A stretch of 64,000 bases of DNA from an uncultured Ruminococcus sp. (GCA_964523835.1 CAZGAZ010000008.1:2792-66791); one strand, 5' to 3'. Positions 46,385 to 55,964 are shown, counted from the first letter of the stretch. Program-made: numbers and translations. The notes: generated from the sequence alone by a model not told the origin.

Positions 46385-47161
46385 ATGAAATTCAAGGCTT
46401 TGACATCGGCGGAAAATGAAAAAATAAAGCTTTACCGCAAGCTTTGCAGCGATAAAAAGACCCGCAGAAATTCGGGGCTTTTCCCTTTGGAAGGGGCACG
46501 TCTCATAAGGGACGCTGCGGCGGAAAGGGGAGAGCTGAAGCTTATTTTCGCCACGGAAAAATATGCGGGCGAACTGGAAGGTCTGGCGGAAATTTACGGC
46601 AGCGAAAATATTTACCTGATAAGCGGCGAACTGGCGGAGAAAATTTCCGATACAAGGACGCCTCAGGGGATATTTGCGGTTTGCAGGATCCCATCTGTTC
46701 ACGGGGAATTTACCGGAATTATCCCGGGCGGGCGGTACATTATCCTTGATAATCTTCAGGACCCCGGAAATATGGGGACGATCCTGCGGACGGCGGATTC
46801 GCTGGGGATAGACGGCATTGCTTGCTGTAACTGCTGCGATCTGTTCAGCCCGAAAACGGTGCGCTCCGCTATGGGCAGTCTGCTCAGAGTAAGGACTGTG
46901 TGCGGAGAGTTTGAAGGAATCACGGAGATGTTCCGCAGGGCGGATATCCCGATATTTTCCGCTGTGACAGACAGTGATGCGGAGGATATAAAAAACTGCG
47001 ATTTCTCCTGCGGCGGCGCTGTTATAATCGGCAACGAGGGCAGCGGTATCCCCGAAGAACACGTTACCGGAAAAAAGATCACCATAAAAATGCACGGCAA
47101 TATAAATTCCCTCAATGCGGCTATGGCTGCGGGAATAATTATGTGGGTGTTAGAGAATTAG
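46385..47161 (+). CDS. TrmH/SpoU-family RNA methyltransferase
   Basis: TPQGIFAV, LDNLQDPGNMGTILRTA, VRSAMGS, IGNEGSG, SLNAAMAA. Confidence 0.92.
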   Translation: MKFKALTSAENEKIKLYRKLCSDKKTRRNSGLFPLEGARLIRDAAAERGELKLIFATEKYAGELEGLAEIYGSENIYLISGELAEKISDTRTPQGIFAVCRIPSVHGEFTGIIPGGRYIILDNLQDPGNMGTILRTADSLGIDGIACCNCCDLFSPKTVRSAMGSLLRVRTVCGEFEGITEMFRRADIPIFSAVTDSDAEDIKNCDFSCGGAVIIGNEGSGIPEEHVTGKKITIKMHGNINSLNAAMAAGIIMWVLEN

Positions 47162-47318
47162 ATGATCAGAGGCTAGAGGCTAGCTTTTTGACGCTTAAGG
47201 CTCATTGCGGCCGCTTTTAATTTCTTTGTTTCGAGGAATGTTTAAAGGCATAAAAATTGTTAAACAGAACATTACCCGAAAAGGATTTACATAATAACGT
47301 ATACAGAGGAGTGGGAAT

Positions 47319-48812
47319 ATGAGTATTCGGACGGATTATTATCCTGCGCTTTACAGGCTTTGGTCGGTGATAGCTCTGGGGGCGGGGACGGCGGCGCTTT
47401 ATGAGGCGATGGATCTGTTTGAGGACCCTACGGAGCTTTTCTGCGGGCTGTCCGAGCCGGAGGGGCTTTCGGCCGAGGTGCGCAGCAGGCTTTCGCCTCA
47501 GCTGCTGGCGGCTAAAAAAGTTCCCCTCGGCAAGGCGGAGGCGGTTTTTGAGGAGTGCGGAAAAAAGGGTATTTCGATAGTACCCATTGACAGCGAGCTT
47601 TACCCCAAGCGGCTTTTGCAGCTGTATCATCCGCCTGCGGCGCTGTTTGTGAAGGGAGACATCAGAGGGATAGACGACAGGCTTTCCATAAGCGTTGTGG
47701 GGGCGAGAAAGGCTTCCGAATACAGCCTGAGAATAACCTCTGCTATTGTGCGCACTCTGGCAGGGCATGGGTTTGACATTGTAAGCGGCTTTGCGGAGGG
47801 TGTGGATATCTGCGCACATCTTACTGCGGTGAAAAGCGGTGCACGAACCTTTGCTGTACTGGGCACGGGGCTTGATGTGGATTATCCCCAGCCAAACATC
47901 AGGTACAGGAGATATATCGAAGAACACGGCGCATTTATCAGCGAATATCTGCCCGGGACTGTGGGCCGCCCCGCTAATTTTCCTCAGCGGAACCGCATTT
48001 TAACGGCGCTTTCTCTGGGCACGGCGGTGATCGAGGCGGGGGCGAAAAGCGGCTCGCTCAATTCCGCTTCCCATGGGGCGGATCAGGGAAAGCCTGTGTT
48101 TGCGGTGCCGCCCCGTGATCTGTTTGACAGCAGATATTACGGCAATTCCGAGCTTATCCGTCAGGGAGCTGTGCCGCTGATGGGGGCAAGGGATATTTAC
48201 AATGAATACTGCCTCGGGGTTTCGCATACAATAGACGAAAACGAGCCTTTGCAGCAAGAGATCGTACGGCTGCAGCAGGAGTGCGGTTCGATCATAAGCG
48301 GCAAGGTGAACGGCGGCGTTCCGGACGGCAAAAAAATAAGAAGGGCTGCTGCAAACGCAAGGCATCTTGAAAAGAAAATGAAAGAGGCTGCGAAGGCGGA
48401 AAAGCCGCCTTGTGACAGTGTTCCCGACGTTTCGGAAAATATGACGCAGGAGGAAAACAACGCCGGAGTATTTTCGGAGAAGGCGGATGAAAAGGCTGTT
48501 AAAAAGTCCGCAGAAAAGTCTGCTGAAAAGTCTGTCAAAAAGCCTGCAAAAAAGTCCGCCGAAAAATCTGCAAGAAAGCCTGCAAAAAAAACGGCTGAGG
48601 ATACGGGGGAGACTGCTGTGCCAGATGAGCTGACCGAGGAGCAGGAAAGGGTCGCAAGCGCTCTTGAAAAGGGCGGCCGTCCTATGCGTGCGGATGAGAT
48701 CGCCGAGGTCACAGGCAGGGATATTGATGATGTTCTGGAGATCATCACCGATCTTGAACTGCTGGGCGTTATCGCAAGCGAGGGCAGCAATTACAGGCTG
48801 CGTCGGGAATGA
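47319..48812 (+). CDS. dprA: DNA-processing protein DprA with a long basic insertion
   Basis: YPKRL, VVGARKAS.Y, IVSGFAEGVD, FPQRNRI, SGSLNSA, C-terminal winged helix (LELLG). Confidence 0.93.
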   Translation: MSIRTDYYPALYRLWSVIALGAGTAALYEAMDLFEDPTELFCGLSEPEGLSAEVRSRLSPQLLAAKKVPLGKAEAVFEECGKKGISIVPIDSELYPKRLLQLYHPPAALFVKGDIRGIDDRLSISVVGARKASEYSLRITSAIVRTLAGHGFDIVSGFAEGVDICAHLTAVKSGARTFAVLGTGLDVDYPQPNIRYRRYIEEHGAFISEYLPGTVGRPANFPQRNRILTALSLGTAVIEAGAKSGSLNSASHGADQGKPVFAVPPRDLFDSRYYGNSELIRQGAVPLMGARDIYNEYCLGVSHTIDENEPLQQEIVRLQQECGSIISGKVNGGVPDGKKIRRAAANARHLEKKMKEAAKAEKPPCDSVPDVSENMTQEENNAGVFSEKADEKAVKKSAEKSAEKSVKKPAKKSAEKSARKPAKKTAEDTGETAVPDELTEEQERVASALEKGGRPMRADEIAEVTGRDIDDVLEIITDLELLGVIASEGSNYRLRRE

Positions 48813-49109
48813 TCTTTCTGACGGATCTTCACGGGAGTTTTATATTGAGCTTTCGTGCTCCGAAAACCGTTTAAAAAATATCAAGGGAATTTACGGCAGT
48901 TCGTCTGAAAATTCCCGATATAAAAAAGCGGAAAGCAAGTGCGGAACTTTTTTCGTAATTTCCGAAAATTTTGCTGCCAAAAAGGCGGCGCAAAAATCAT
49001 GCAAATAACATAAATTTATATATATAAAAATGAAGCGGAGAACGGCGGCGGGTGCAGATTTCCAGCCTCTAGCCTCTGAGTCTCTTGCCTCTAGCAAAGG
49101 AGCTGCATT

Positions 49110-51188
49110 ATGTCTAATCTTGTAATAGTTGAGTCGCCTTCAAAGGCGAAAACAGTTCAGAAATATCTGGGACCCGGGTATGAAGTAATGGCGTCAATGG
49201 GGCACGTGAGGGACTTGCAGAAGTCAAAGCTCAGCGTGGACATTGAGAATGGATTTACGCCTGTGTATGTGCCCATGAAGGACAAGGAAGAGGTCATCAA
49301 GAATTTAAAGGCGGCGGCGAAAAAAGCCGACACCGTTTATCTGGCGGGAGACCCCGACCGTGAGGGAGAGGCTATTTCCTGGCACCTGGCGCAGCTGCTG
49401 GATATTCCCGAGGACGCCCCTGTCAGGGTGACGTTCAACGAGATAACCAAAACAGGTGTTCAAAGCGGTATGGCAAACCCCAGGTGCATTGATGAGAATT
49501 TGGTCAATGCGCAGCAGGCAAGGAGGATTCTTGACAGGATAGTCGGCTACAAGCTGTCGCCCTTTTTATGGAAAAAGGTAAGGCGGAATCTTTCGGCGGG
49601 CCGTGTGCAGTCGGTGGCTGTGAAGATGATCGTTGACAGGGAAAAGCAGATAAATGCGTTCAAGCCCGAGGAGTACTGGTCAATTGAGGGGAAGTTCACT
49701 GCGCCCTCGTCCAAAAAGCAGTTTGACGCTGCTTTCACGGGGCTTGACGGTGAGAAAACGGAGCTTCACAATGAAGAGGAAACCAATGCTGTTCTGGACA
49801 GGATAAAGGACGCCGAATTCAAGGTAACGGGAGTTAAAAAATCCGTTCGCAGAAAATCCCCCGCTGCGCCCTTTACCACTTCCACAATGCAGCAGGAGGC
49901 TTCAAAAAAACTGGGCTTCCAGACATCGAAAACCATGCGCACCGCTCAGCAGCTTTACGAGGGCGTGGACATTGAGGGCATGGGGGCTGTGGGTCTTATC
50001 ACCTACATGAGAACCGACAGCCTGCGGGTTTCCGACGAGGCGAGAAATGCGGCATACAAGTACATTGAGGATAAGTACGGCAAGAATTATCTGCCTCCTG
50101 CGCCCAAGGTTTACAAGTCAAAGGCTAACGCTCAGGACGCTCACGAGGCGATACGTCCCTCCACTCCCGAGATAACCCCCGAGAGGGTCAAGGGCAGTCT
50201 TACGCCCGAGCAATACAAGCTGTACAAGCTGATATGGGAAAGATTCATTGCGAGCCAGATGGCAAACGCTCTGATGGACACGGTTTCCGTGGATATAAAC
50301 GCCAACGGGGCGGGCTTCAAGGCTACGGGATTTTCCGTTAAATTTGACGGCTTTACCGTTCTTTACGAGGAGTCAAAGGACGAGGAGGAGGGCAAGGTAC
50401 TGCCCGAGATAAAAGAGGGGGATGTTTTGAAGCTGAAAAACATCGAGGGCAAGCAGCACTTTACGCAGCCCCCTGCACGGTACACCGAGGGTTCGTTTAT
50501 CAAGGCACTGGAGGAAAACGGCATTGGCAGACCCTCCACATATGCGCCCACAATTTCCACGATAATCAACAAATTTTACGTGGAGAGAGACGGCAAGCAG
50601 CTCAAGCCCACAGGTCTCGGCGAGGTGACGACCGATCTTTTAAAGACCCATTTCAAGCACATAGTTGACACGAAATTCACCGCTTCAATGGAAAGCAGTC
50701 TGGATAAGATCGAGGCGGGCAATAAGGACTGGGCGGAGACGCTGGGGGATTTTTACACCGACTTTGCGGACACTCTGGAAAAGGCGGAGGCTGCCATGGA
50801 CGGCAAGCGTGTAAAAGTGCCCGACGAGGAGACGGACGAGGTATGCGAGGTTTGCGGAAAGCCTATGGTGATAAAGCTGGGGCGGTTCGGGCGTTTCCTT
50901 GCCTGCACGGGTTTTCCCGAGTGCACAAACACGAAAAAGATCATCAAGCCCACAGGCGGCGTATGCCCCTTATGCGGCAAAAAGGTGCTGGCGAAAAAAT
51001 CCAAAAAGGGGAAGAAATATTTCGGCTGCGAGGACAATCCCAATTGCAGCTTTATGACCTGGGATACGCCTCTTTCCGACAAGTGCCCCAAGTGCAACGA
51101 CGGCACGACCTTGTTCAAAAAGGGCGGGAAGATGTTCTGCCTTAAAGAGGGCTGCGGGTATGAGGTTGCTGTCAGAAAGGAAAAATGA
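49110..51188 (+). CDS. topA: DNA topoisomerase I
   Basis: IVESPSKAK, DPDREGEAI, SAGRVQS, ITYMRTDS (catalytic Tyr), GIGRPSTY, C-terminal Zn ribbons. Confidence 0.98.
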   Translation: MSNLVIVESPSKAKTVQKYLGPGYEVMASMGHVRDLQKSKLSVDIENGFTPVYVPMKDKEEVIKNLKAAAKKADTVYLAGDPDREGEAISWHLAQLLDIPEDAPVRVTFNEITKTGVQSGMANPRCIDENLVNAQQARRILDRIVGYKLSPFLWKKVRRNLSAGRVQSVAVKMIVDREKQINAFKPEEYWSIEGKFTAPSSKKQFDAAFTGLDGEKTELHNEEETNAVLDRIKDAEFKVTGVKKSVRRKSPAAPFTTSTMQQEASKKLGFQTSKTMRTAQQLYEGVDIEGMGAVGLITYMRTDSLRVSDEARNAAYKYIEDKYGKNYLPPAPKVYKSKANAQDAHEAIRPSTPEITPERVKGSLTPEQYKLYKLIWERFIASQMANALMDTVSVDINANGAGFKATGFSVKFDGFTVLYEESKDEEEGKVLPEIKEGDVLKLKNIEGKQHFTQPPARYTEGSFIKALEENGIGRPSTYAPTISTIINKFYVERDGKQLKPTGLGEVTTDLLKTHFKHIVDTKFTASMESSLDKIEAGNKDWAETLGDFYTDFADTLEKAEAAMDGKRVKVPDEETDEVCEVCGKPMVIKLGRFGRFLACTGFPECTNTKKIIKPTGGVCPLCGKKVLAKKSKKGKKYFGCEDNPNCSFMTWDTPLSDKCPKCNDGTTLFKKGGKMFCLKEGCGYEVAVRKEK

Positions 51189-51303
51189 GGAAGCTTTTGC
51201 AGTTACCGCATAAATTTTAATTAACGGTAATTTGAATTTTTTTTGCGGAGAAGCAAGAGGCAAGAAGTTTGTGAGGGGACGATCTCCGAAAGGTACTTTG
51301 ATT

Positions 51304-52647
51304 ATGGAATTAACTGTGATAGGCGCAGGCTTTGCAGGGTGCGAGGCGGCGTGGGCGGCGGCTGAGCGGGGCGTTAAGGTCACGCTGACAGAGATGAAGC
51401 CGAAAAAATTTTCTCCTGCGCATAAGTTAGGATTTTTCTGCGAGCCTGTATGCTCAAACTCCTTTAAGGCGGCTCGGATAAATTCGGCGGCGGGACTTCT
51501 TAAAGAGGAAATGCGCAGGCTGGGTTCGCTCACTGTGCCCTGTGCGGAAATGACGGCTGTTCCTGCAGGGGGGGCGCTGGCGGTGGACAGGGAGAAGTTT
51601 TCCGCTCTGGTGACGGAAAAAATCAGGTCGCACCCCAATATTACGGTGGAAATATGTGAGGCGGAAAATATCCCCGAGGGGGCTGTGGTGATTGCGACGG
51701 GGCCTTTGACGGCGGGGAAAATGGCCGAGAGCATTGGGGAGATATGCGGAGGGTATCTGAGCTTTTACGATGCGGCTGCGCCTATTGTTACGGCGGAGTC
51801 GGTGGATATGTCCGTTGCCTTTGCGGCGGCAAGGTACGGCAAGGGCGGGGATGATTACATTAACTGCCCGTTTACAAAAGAGGAATATCAGGCGTTTCAC
51901 AGGGAACTGGTAAATGCCGAATCTGCGCCGCTGCATGAGTTTGACAGAGAAAGCTCCGGGCGTGATGATTTTACGGTTTACGAGGGGTGTATGCCCATTG
52001 AAGTGCTGGCTAAGCGTGGGGAGGACGCTGCAAGATACGGGGCTATGAAGCCTGTGGGTCTTGACGACCCGAGGACGGGGCGGTGGCCTTATGCGGTTGT
52101 GCAGCTGCGGCGGGAAAACAACGAGGGCAGCCTTTACAACATTGTGGGGTTTCAGACAAATCTGAAATTCGGGGAGCAGAAGAGGGTATTTTCCATGATA
52201 CCCGGTCTCGGGAATGCGGAGTTTGTGCGGTACGGGGTCATGCACAGAAATTCGTTTATTGATTCGCCGAAAATTCTATCGGGGGATTTTTCCCTGAAAA
52301 GCCGTCCCGGACTGTTTTTTGCGGGACAGATAACGGGGGTGGAGGGATATATGGAGTCGGCTGCGTCGGGGATTATGGCGGGGATAAATGCGGCAAGACG
52401 TTTGCGGGGCACGGACACACTTATTCTGCCGAGGGAGTGCATGATAGGTGCGCTGGCGAGGTATATTTCCGATGAGACGGTGGAAAATTTTCAGCCTATG
52501 GGGGCGAATATGGGAATACTTCCCGAGCTGCCCGAGCGAGTAAAGGGAAAGCAGGAGCGGTATCAGGTCATTGCGGACAGGGCGCTTGCGTCGCTTGCGG
52601 CTGTCGGTAATATTGCGGGAGATTTGAAGTTTGAAGGTCAGCGGTAA
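51304..52647 (+). CDS. trmFO: tRNA (uracil-54-C5)-methyltransferase, folate/FAD-dependent
   Basis: IGAGFAGCEAA, VCSNSF, PAGGALAVDR, VGFQTNLK, YGVMHRN, AGQITGVEGY. Confidence 0.97.
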   Translation: MELTVIGAGFAGCEAAWAAAERGVKVTLTEMKPKKFSPAHKLGFFCEPVCSNSFKAARINSAAGLLKEEMRRLGSLTVPCAEMTAVPAGGALAVDREKFSALVTEKIRSHPNITVEICEAENIPEGAVVIATGPLTAGKMAESIGEICGGYLSFYDAAAPIVTAESVDMSVAFAAARYGKGGDDYINCPFTKEEYQAFHRELVNAESAPLHEFDRESSGRDDFTVYEGCMPIEVLAKRGEDAARYGAMKPVGLDDPRTGRWPYAVVQLRRENNEGSLYNIVGFQTNLKFGEQKRVFSMIPGLGNAEFVRYGVMHRNSFIDSPKILSGDFSLKSRPGLFFAGQITGVEGYMESAASGIMAGINAARRLRGTDTLILPRECMIGALARYISDETVENFQPMGANMGILPELPERVKGKQERYQVIADRALASLAAVGNIAGDLKFEGQR

Positions 52648-52849
52648 ACCCCTGAGTTTCAGTGTATCTTTGGTGCGAAAGATTAATTGGCGGAGTGGAA
52701 AGTTTGAAAGTTAGCGGTAAACCCCTAAGTTTCAGCATATCTTTGGTGTGAAAGTCTGATTAACGGAGTGGAAAAGTTTGAAAGTTAGCGGTAAACCCCT
52801 AAGTTTCAGCGCACCTTTGGTGTGAAAGTTTAATTAACGGAGTGGAAAA
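52627..52849 (+). repeat. 74-bp two-hairpin repeat, cluster C (3 copies)
   Basis: Units start at 52627, 52700 and 52774; the first overlaps the trmFO 3' end; the last abuts ATG 52850. Confidence 0.92.
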
Positions 52850-53359
52850 ATGAATGAGCCTGTTTTCGATTATAATTTTAAAATAAAAGTGCGCAGGGTA
52901 TCTCCGACGGTTTACACCGCACTTTTCATTCTGGGGCTTTTATGTATACCGAGAACTTTGGCGGGGGTATTTGTTTTATACATACATCTTGCATTCAGTG
53001 CGCCGCCGGACGCCGCTTCGGATGATTCCTTCATTGTGCCGATCATTATAATCGCCGGGATCGTTATTCCCCTGATAGTTGCGGTGTTCGGCATCGGGCT
53101 GTGGTTTTCCGGTGTGGACACGCATCTTCGGTTTTACGAGGATCATTTTGAGTCGGAGGGCAGAGCGCCGAAAAAATATGAGGCAAATTTCTCCGCAGAT
53201 TACTCGCAGGTGGAGCGTATAATCAGGCAAAACGGTATTTATATATTGTATTTCAGCAAAAGATTGGCTTTTATGGCAGGCGGCAGCGAGCTTACCGACC
53301 CCGCTGCGTTTGAGAGCTTTCTTATAAGAAAAACGGGGAAGAATATAATTTACAGATAA
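52850..53359 (+). CDS. YcxB-like membrane protein
   Basis: Two TM segments, then a soluble domain with the F.EDHF...YSQV......Y.LY...AF pattern. Confidence 0.7.
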   Translation: MNEPVFDYNFKIKVRRVSPTVYTALFILGLLCIPRTLAGVFVLYIHLAFSAPPDAASDDSFIVPIIIIAGIVIPLIVAVFGIGLWFSGVDTHLRFYEDHFESEGRAPKKYEANFSADYSQVERIIRQNGIYILYFSKRLAFMAGGSELTDPAAFESFLIRKTGKNIIYR

Positions 53360-53572
53360 AAAAACCGGAGAGTTGATACTGATCCTATTTTATGATCGGT
53401 TTAAAAAGAGCAGAGAAGCAAGAGGCAAGCAATAACCGGTAAATAACCGAAAGAAAGCCGACTTCGGAAATGATGCGGATAATTTCCGTGAATTTTTAAA
53501 GGAAAAAACAGGGAGTATTTTTAATAAATAATTTGTGATTCGATATGCGGAAATTTAAATTTTGAAAGGTGA

Positions 53573-53725
53573 AAGTTTGAAAGTTATAGGTAATCACCTA
53601 AGTTTCAGCGCACCTTTGGTGTGAAAATCTGATTAACGGAGTGGAAAAAGTTTGAAAGTTATAGGTAAACCCCTAAGTTTCAGCGTACCTTTGGTGCGAA
53701 AGACTGATTAGCGGAGAGGAAAAAA
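53573..53725 (+). repeat. 74-bp two-hairpin repeat, cluster D (2 copies)
   Basis: Units start at 53573 and 53648; the last abuts ATG 53726. Confidence 0.92.
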
Positions 53726-54283
53726 ATGAAAAATAAAAATGACGATGTGACAATAGGGAGATTTTTAAGCCTTGTTTTGCGGCATGATCCGAGTGCTGCG
53801 GAAATTACTCTTGACAAAAACGGTTACGGAGATGTTGAGGAGCTTATTAGGGGTGTGTCGAAAAAATTTCCCGGATTTTCCATGGAAGATTTAGAGAGGA
53901 TCGTGGAAAACAACAACAAGCAAAGGTATGCTTTTAATGAGGACAAGACCAAAATAAGGGCGAGGCAGGGGCATTCCGTCAAGGGAATAGACCTGGGGCT
54001 GGCGGCGGTAAGTCCGCCGGAGCTGCTTTATCACGGCACGTCGGAGGCAAGTGCGGCGGCGATAAAAAATGAGGGGATAAAGAAAATGTCAAGGCATATG
54101 GTTCATCTTTCGGCGGATATACAGACTGCGGAAAAGGTGGGAGCACGCCATGGAAAGCCGTATATTTTTACGGTTAGATCGGGGGAAATGCACAGGGACG
54201 GGTTTGAGTTTTTCCTTTCGGAAAACGGGGTGTGGCTGACGGAATTTGTGCCTGCGGATTATTTCGGGGCGTTCGGGATGTAA
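53726..54283 (+). CDS. kptA: RNA 2'-phosphotransferase (KptA/Tpt1)
   Basis: LSLVLRHDP, KQRY, IRARQGHS, LYHGT, RHMVHLS, NGVWLT. Confidence 0.95.
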   Translation: MKNKNDDVTIGRFLSLVLRHDPSAAEITLDKNGYGDVEELIRGVSKKFPGFSMEDLERIVENNNKQRYAFNEDKTKIRARQGHSVKGIDLGLAAVSPPELLYHGTSEASAAAIKNEGIKKMSRHMVHLSADIQTAEKVGARHGKPYIFTVRSGEMHRDGFEFFLSENGVWLTEFVPADYFGAFGM

Positions 54284-54436
54284 GAAAATTAACCGAATTG
54301 TAACACAAGGAGAGGCGTTTTGCGGTATAATATAAAGTGATGATATGCGGTTTTATGCTGCCTCGAAATGTCCTTTTGAGTTTATAGAAAGTTTTTTAAT
54401 GCGGAAAATAATTTGTGCGAAAGGAAGTTTATAAAA

Positions 54437-55438
54437 ATGAAAATAATAGTTGACGCTTTCGGCGGTGACAATGCTCCTCTTGAAGTTATAAAAGGCGCTG
54501 CACAGGCTGTGAGCGAGCTGGGTGTTGAGGTCATTCTTACGGGAAATGAAAAAGTCATTAAGGAAGAAGCGGAGAAAAACGGTATAAGTCTTGATAAGAT
54601 CGGGATAATACATACCGAATCGGTGATAGACATTCATGAGGACCCTACGGAGATCGTAAAAAGCCGCTCCGACTGCTCTATGGCGGTGGGACTTAAGGCT
54701 TTGGCAGAGGGGGAGGGGGACGCTTTTGTAAGTGCGGGGAGCACCGGTGCGCTGGTGGTGGGGGCGACCTTTATCGCAAAGAGAATAAAGGGGGTCAAGC
54801 GGCCTGCACTTGCGCCTATTCTGCCTACGGCGGCGGGACATCTGATACTGATGGACGGGGGGGCAAATGTGGACTGCCGCCCGGAAATGCTTATGCAGTT
54901 CGGTATAATGGGAAGCTGCTACATGGAAAAGGTTATGGGGATAAAGTCCCCTGCTGTGGGGCTTCTGAACGTGGGGGCGGAGGAGACGAAGGGGAGGGAT
55001 ATTGACAAGGAAGCGTATGCGCTGCTGAAAAATGCGCCTGTGAATTTTTACGGGAATTTAGAGGCGAGGGAAATGCCTAAGGGAGTTTGTCAGGTGGCGG
55101 TCTCCGACGGGTTTACGGGGAATATTGCGCTCAAGCTTTACGAGGGAATGGGGTCGTTTCTGGCGGGTGAACTGAAAGGTATGCTGACGGGGGGGCTGTC
55201 GGGGAAGCTGGCGGCTTTGCTTATTATGAAAAAGGTAAAGGCGTTCAAGAAAAAGCTGGATTACAAGGAAGTGGGCGGCGCAGTGCTCATGGGCATTGCA
55301 AAGCCTGTTATAAAGGCGCACGGAAGCTCGGACGGGAAGGCGTTCTTCAATGCGATAAGGCAGGCTAAGGCGTGCGTTGACGGGGATGTTATAGGGGAGA
55401 TAACAAGGTCGCTGGAGAGGCTGAAAAATGCAAAGTGA
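54437..55438 (+). CDS. plsX: Phosphate acyltransferase
   Basis: IVDAFGGDNAP, SAGSTGA, RPALA, DGGANVD, DGFTGN, KAHGSS. Confidence 0.96.
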   Translation: MKIIVDAFGGDNAPLEVIKGAAQAVSELGVEVILTGNEKVIKEEAEKNGISLDKIGIIHTESVIDIHEDPTEIVKSRSDCSMAVGLKALAEGEGDAFVSAGSTGALVVGATFIAKRIKGVKRPALAPILPTAAGHLILMDGGANVDCRPEMLMQFGIMGSCYMEKVMGIKSPAVGLLNVGAEETKGRDIDKEAYALLKNAPVNFYGNLEAREMPKGVCQVAVSDGFTGNIALKLYEGMGSFLAGELKGMLTGGLSGKLAALLIMKKVKAFKKKLDYKEVGGAVLMGIAKPVIKAHGSSDGKAFFNAIRQAKACVDGDVIGEITRSLERLKNAK

Positions 55439-55477
55439 GGGCTGCTTTTTAAGCGGCTGTTATAGGGAGATGTTTTT

Positions 55478-55933
55478 ATGATAACCTGGACAAATAAGGA
55501 AGATGAAGCATGGGAGGGCGAGTTTAAAAGCCTGATCTTTCATGGCGTGGATGATGAGAATTTAATTGTTTATATTGAAAATCCGTCTGCGGCAGATTAT
55601 GCGGAAAGGTGCGCTGCATTTTTAAATGAAATGCCCGAGGCAGCGGTCAATGATATCTGCGAAAATATTATTTCAATTGAAAAAACGGATAAGGACAAGC
55701 TTGAAAAGAATTTTAAAATGCCCGAGCTTGAAACGCCTGTTGATGTGCTGAAATATTGTTGGTTTGGGGAGGTTTATGTTTTTGTGCCGCAGGGTGAAAA
55801 TAAGATATCCTTTTGTGTTGAGGGAGAGGGCGAATGGGGAGATAATATCGGGTTTGTGTTTGAAAACGGGAGGCTCGTTTATGTGGGAAATGACGCTGTG
55901 AATTATTATGCGGAATTAACGGGGATCAATTAA
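55478..55933 (+). CDS. Hypothetical acidic protein (DUF6985/DUF2262-like, possibly immunity-type)
   Basis: GGGAG RBS; acidic; C-terminal EGEW...IGFVF.NG.L..VG pattern (by eye). Confidence 0.6.
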   Translation: MITWTNKEDEAWEGEFKSLIFHGVDDENLIVYIENPSAADYAERCAAFLNEMPEAAVNDICENIISIEKTDKDKLEKNFKMPELETPVDVLKYCWFGEVYVFVPQGENKISFCVEGEGEWGDNIGFVFENGRLVYVGNDAVNYYAELTGIN

Positions 55934-55964
55934 AAAATTATAAAAAATACGAGGCGAATTTTAA

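Noticed and set aside
52627-52849. CRISPR array interpretation of the 74-bp tandem repeats (and of the 148-bp array at 23528)
   Set aside because: Whole units are conserved with no unique spacers, and there are no cas genes in the window.
52627-53725. Integron attC sites
   Set aside because: GTTAG and TTAAC boxes occur, but in the wrong order within a unit on both strands, the repeats sit before starts rather than after stops, and no intI is present.
53573-53725. Type III toxin-antitoxin RNA repeats (ToxI/CptI-like)
   Set aside because: The units are longer than known type III repeats, there is no terminator between repeats and gene, and the downstream genes are unrelated and not ToxN/CptN-like.
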